Positions 63,067 to 64,000 of a stretch of DNA of 64,000 nucleotides are shown in pieces; the first letter of the stretch is position 1, and each line of letters begins with the position of its first letter. The notes beneath the pieces are model-generated. The model searched no databases. It was not told where the DNA came from and saw nothing but the letters and a program-made list of their open reading frames with translations. The stretch spans positions 231,003-295,002 of IMG/VR virus record IMGVR_UViG_3300005512_005684; one strand, 5' to 3'. This DNA is from a virus (taxonomy: Duplodnaviria > Heunggongvirae > Uroviricota > Caudoviricetes). Both the position numbers and the translations under genes were made by a program.

Positions 63067-63441
63067 GCTAAGCGGAGATTGTTGCCAGCTATTGTCGGGA
63101 ACCGTGTGAGGCCGAGGATCCGGTCGAGTACGGTCATTGGCCAAAAGTTCGGCAAGCGTCAGGCAATGATCATTGTGCGCTTTGCCGCGGAGCGTAGATT
63201 CCGAGTTCGGATTCGATACACGAGGATTCAGGATGGTGTAACGAAGATGTATGTGCTAGAGCCGTACAGTTTCCGTTACAGGAGAACTCGTGAGGGGTTG
63301 CGAAAGATGTTGTTCGCATACCATCCACTTCATGGTCGAATCCACAACTTTGCTGTTCGGTACATTAGCCAGGCCGAAGTAATGGAGAGACCTTTCAGAC
63401 CACGATGGCGTGTTGAATTGAAACAGAATCCTGCGCCGTAA
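63064..63441 (+). CDS. Stand-alone WYL domain protein
   Basis: VRIRY...LEPYSF...LFAY...IHNFAVRYI...F fits the WYL pattern. Confidence 0.75.
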   Translation: MAKRRLLPAIVGNRVRPRIRSSTVIGQKFGKRQAMIIVRFAAERRFRVRIRYTRIQDGVTKMYVLEPYSFRYRRTREGLRKMLFAYHPLHGRIHNFAVRYISQAEVMERPFRPRWRVELKQNPAP

Positions 63442-63453
63442 GGGGAGACTATT

Positions 63454-64000
63454 ATGTCGAAGCAAAGAGACGTTCATACTCGTACGGCTTCAATCGCGTG
63501 TCGTGTTGCCGCGGTGTCGGCCTCTGACTTTCAGCGTGGGGATATGGTCGGTCTTTCCGGTCACCTCGTCGGGAATCAAATCTTCGATAATGCCGGGACG
63601 GGTATGGTGAAGCAGGTTGACGACAAGGCCAACAGGGTCATGGTCGATGTACACCAGGACGAGCGAAGTCCGCACCATCCGACTCAGTTCAGGCCGGAAG
63701 AGTTGTTCATTATGTGGCGGACGGACGAGCCGGTCGATCTACCGTTCTTCGCCGTCCCTGAAATGGAACAATTGAAGCACCGTCTTCAAGGTGGAGAGGA
63801 AGCACGTGCAGCATCTATTCGCAAGGGGAGAAAGAAAATGGCTAGTCTGAAGGAACTGAAAGCGTTTGAGTCGCGACTTCGCAAGGCCGATAGGATCGAG
63901 ACAGTCGGTGACGGTGACACCGAAGACCTTGTTGATGCAATGGAGGAAGAACTCAGTAAGTATATAGGTGGTGCTTCCGAAGTGAACGATAACGAGATTC
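63454..64000 (+). CDS. Hypothetical protein, runs off the window end
   Basis: GGGGAG RBS; open frame MSKQRDVHTRTASIACRVAA... with no stop before 64000. Confidence 0.7.
   Translation, partial: MSKQRDVHTRTASIACRVAAVSASDFQRGDMVGLSGHLVGNQIFDNAGTGMVKQVDDKANRVMVDVHQDERSPHHPTQFRPEELFIMWRTDEPVDLPFFAVPEMEQLKHRLQGGEEARAASIRKGRKKMASLKELKAFESRLRKADRIETVGDGDTEDLVDAMEEELSKYIGGASEVNDNEI

Noticed and set aside
580-63678. Minus-strand ORFs in the track (e.g. 9551-10516, 32586-33503, 49004-49930)
   Set aside because: They are antisense shadows of well-supported plus-strand genes with no recognisable motifs.
1-64000. Stop-codon reassignment
   Set aside because: Genes end at TAG, TGA and TAA with tight packing in the standard code, and there is no suppressor (CTA/TCA) tRNA.

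Overview
This window looks like a segment of a large tailed-phage genome, about 55% GC, with essentially every credible gene on the + strand. Layout: (1) two methyltransferases and exported proteins (1-3.2 kb). (2) A sigma70-type promoter followed by a ~4.7 kb RNA array (3.3-8.05 kb). It holds 8 near-canonical tRNAs, many tRNA-derived or novel structured RNAs and recurring boxA-like sites, and runs directly into a TROVE/vWA-like gene and an ARPP-like gene. (3) Class II ribonucleotide reductase (nrdJ) and accessory genes (PDZ, pYEATS, NYN, metallopeptidase, GT2-TPR-GT4, NusG-like, sigma-like). (4) Head-packaging genes (large terminase, portal). (5) A ~27 kb, 22-gene glycan synthesis and modification cluster right after the portal. 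(6) HTH/WYL genes and a truncated ORF. The best candidate for an undescribed system is a family of four RNAs sharing a covarying two-stem clamp (GGA-CU(A)U / GCUUU-UCC internal loop, then UCWKAG). Each clamp encloses different tRNA-derived cargo: a whole tRNA, a circularly permuted tRNA-Val, a lone D-arm, or a CCA-ended minihelix. They sit upstream of a Ro60/TROVE-like gene, suggesting a divergent Y-RNA-like modular ribonucleoprotein or tRNA-decoy system. All protein calls are motif recognition by eye; no searches were run.
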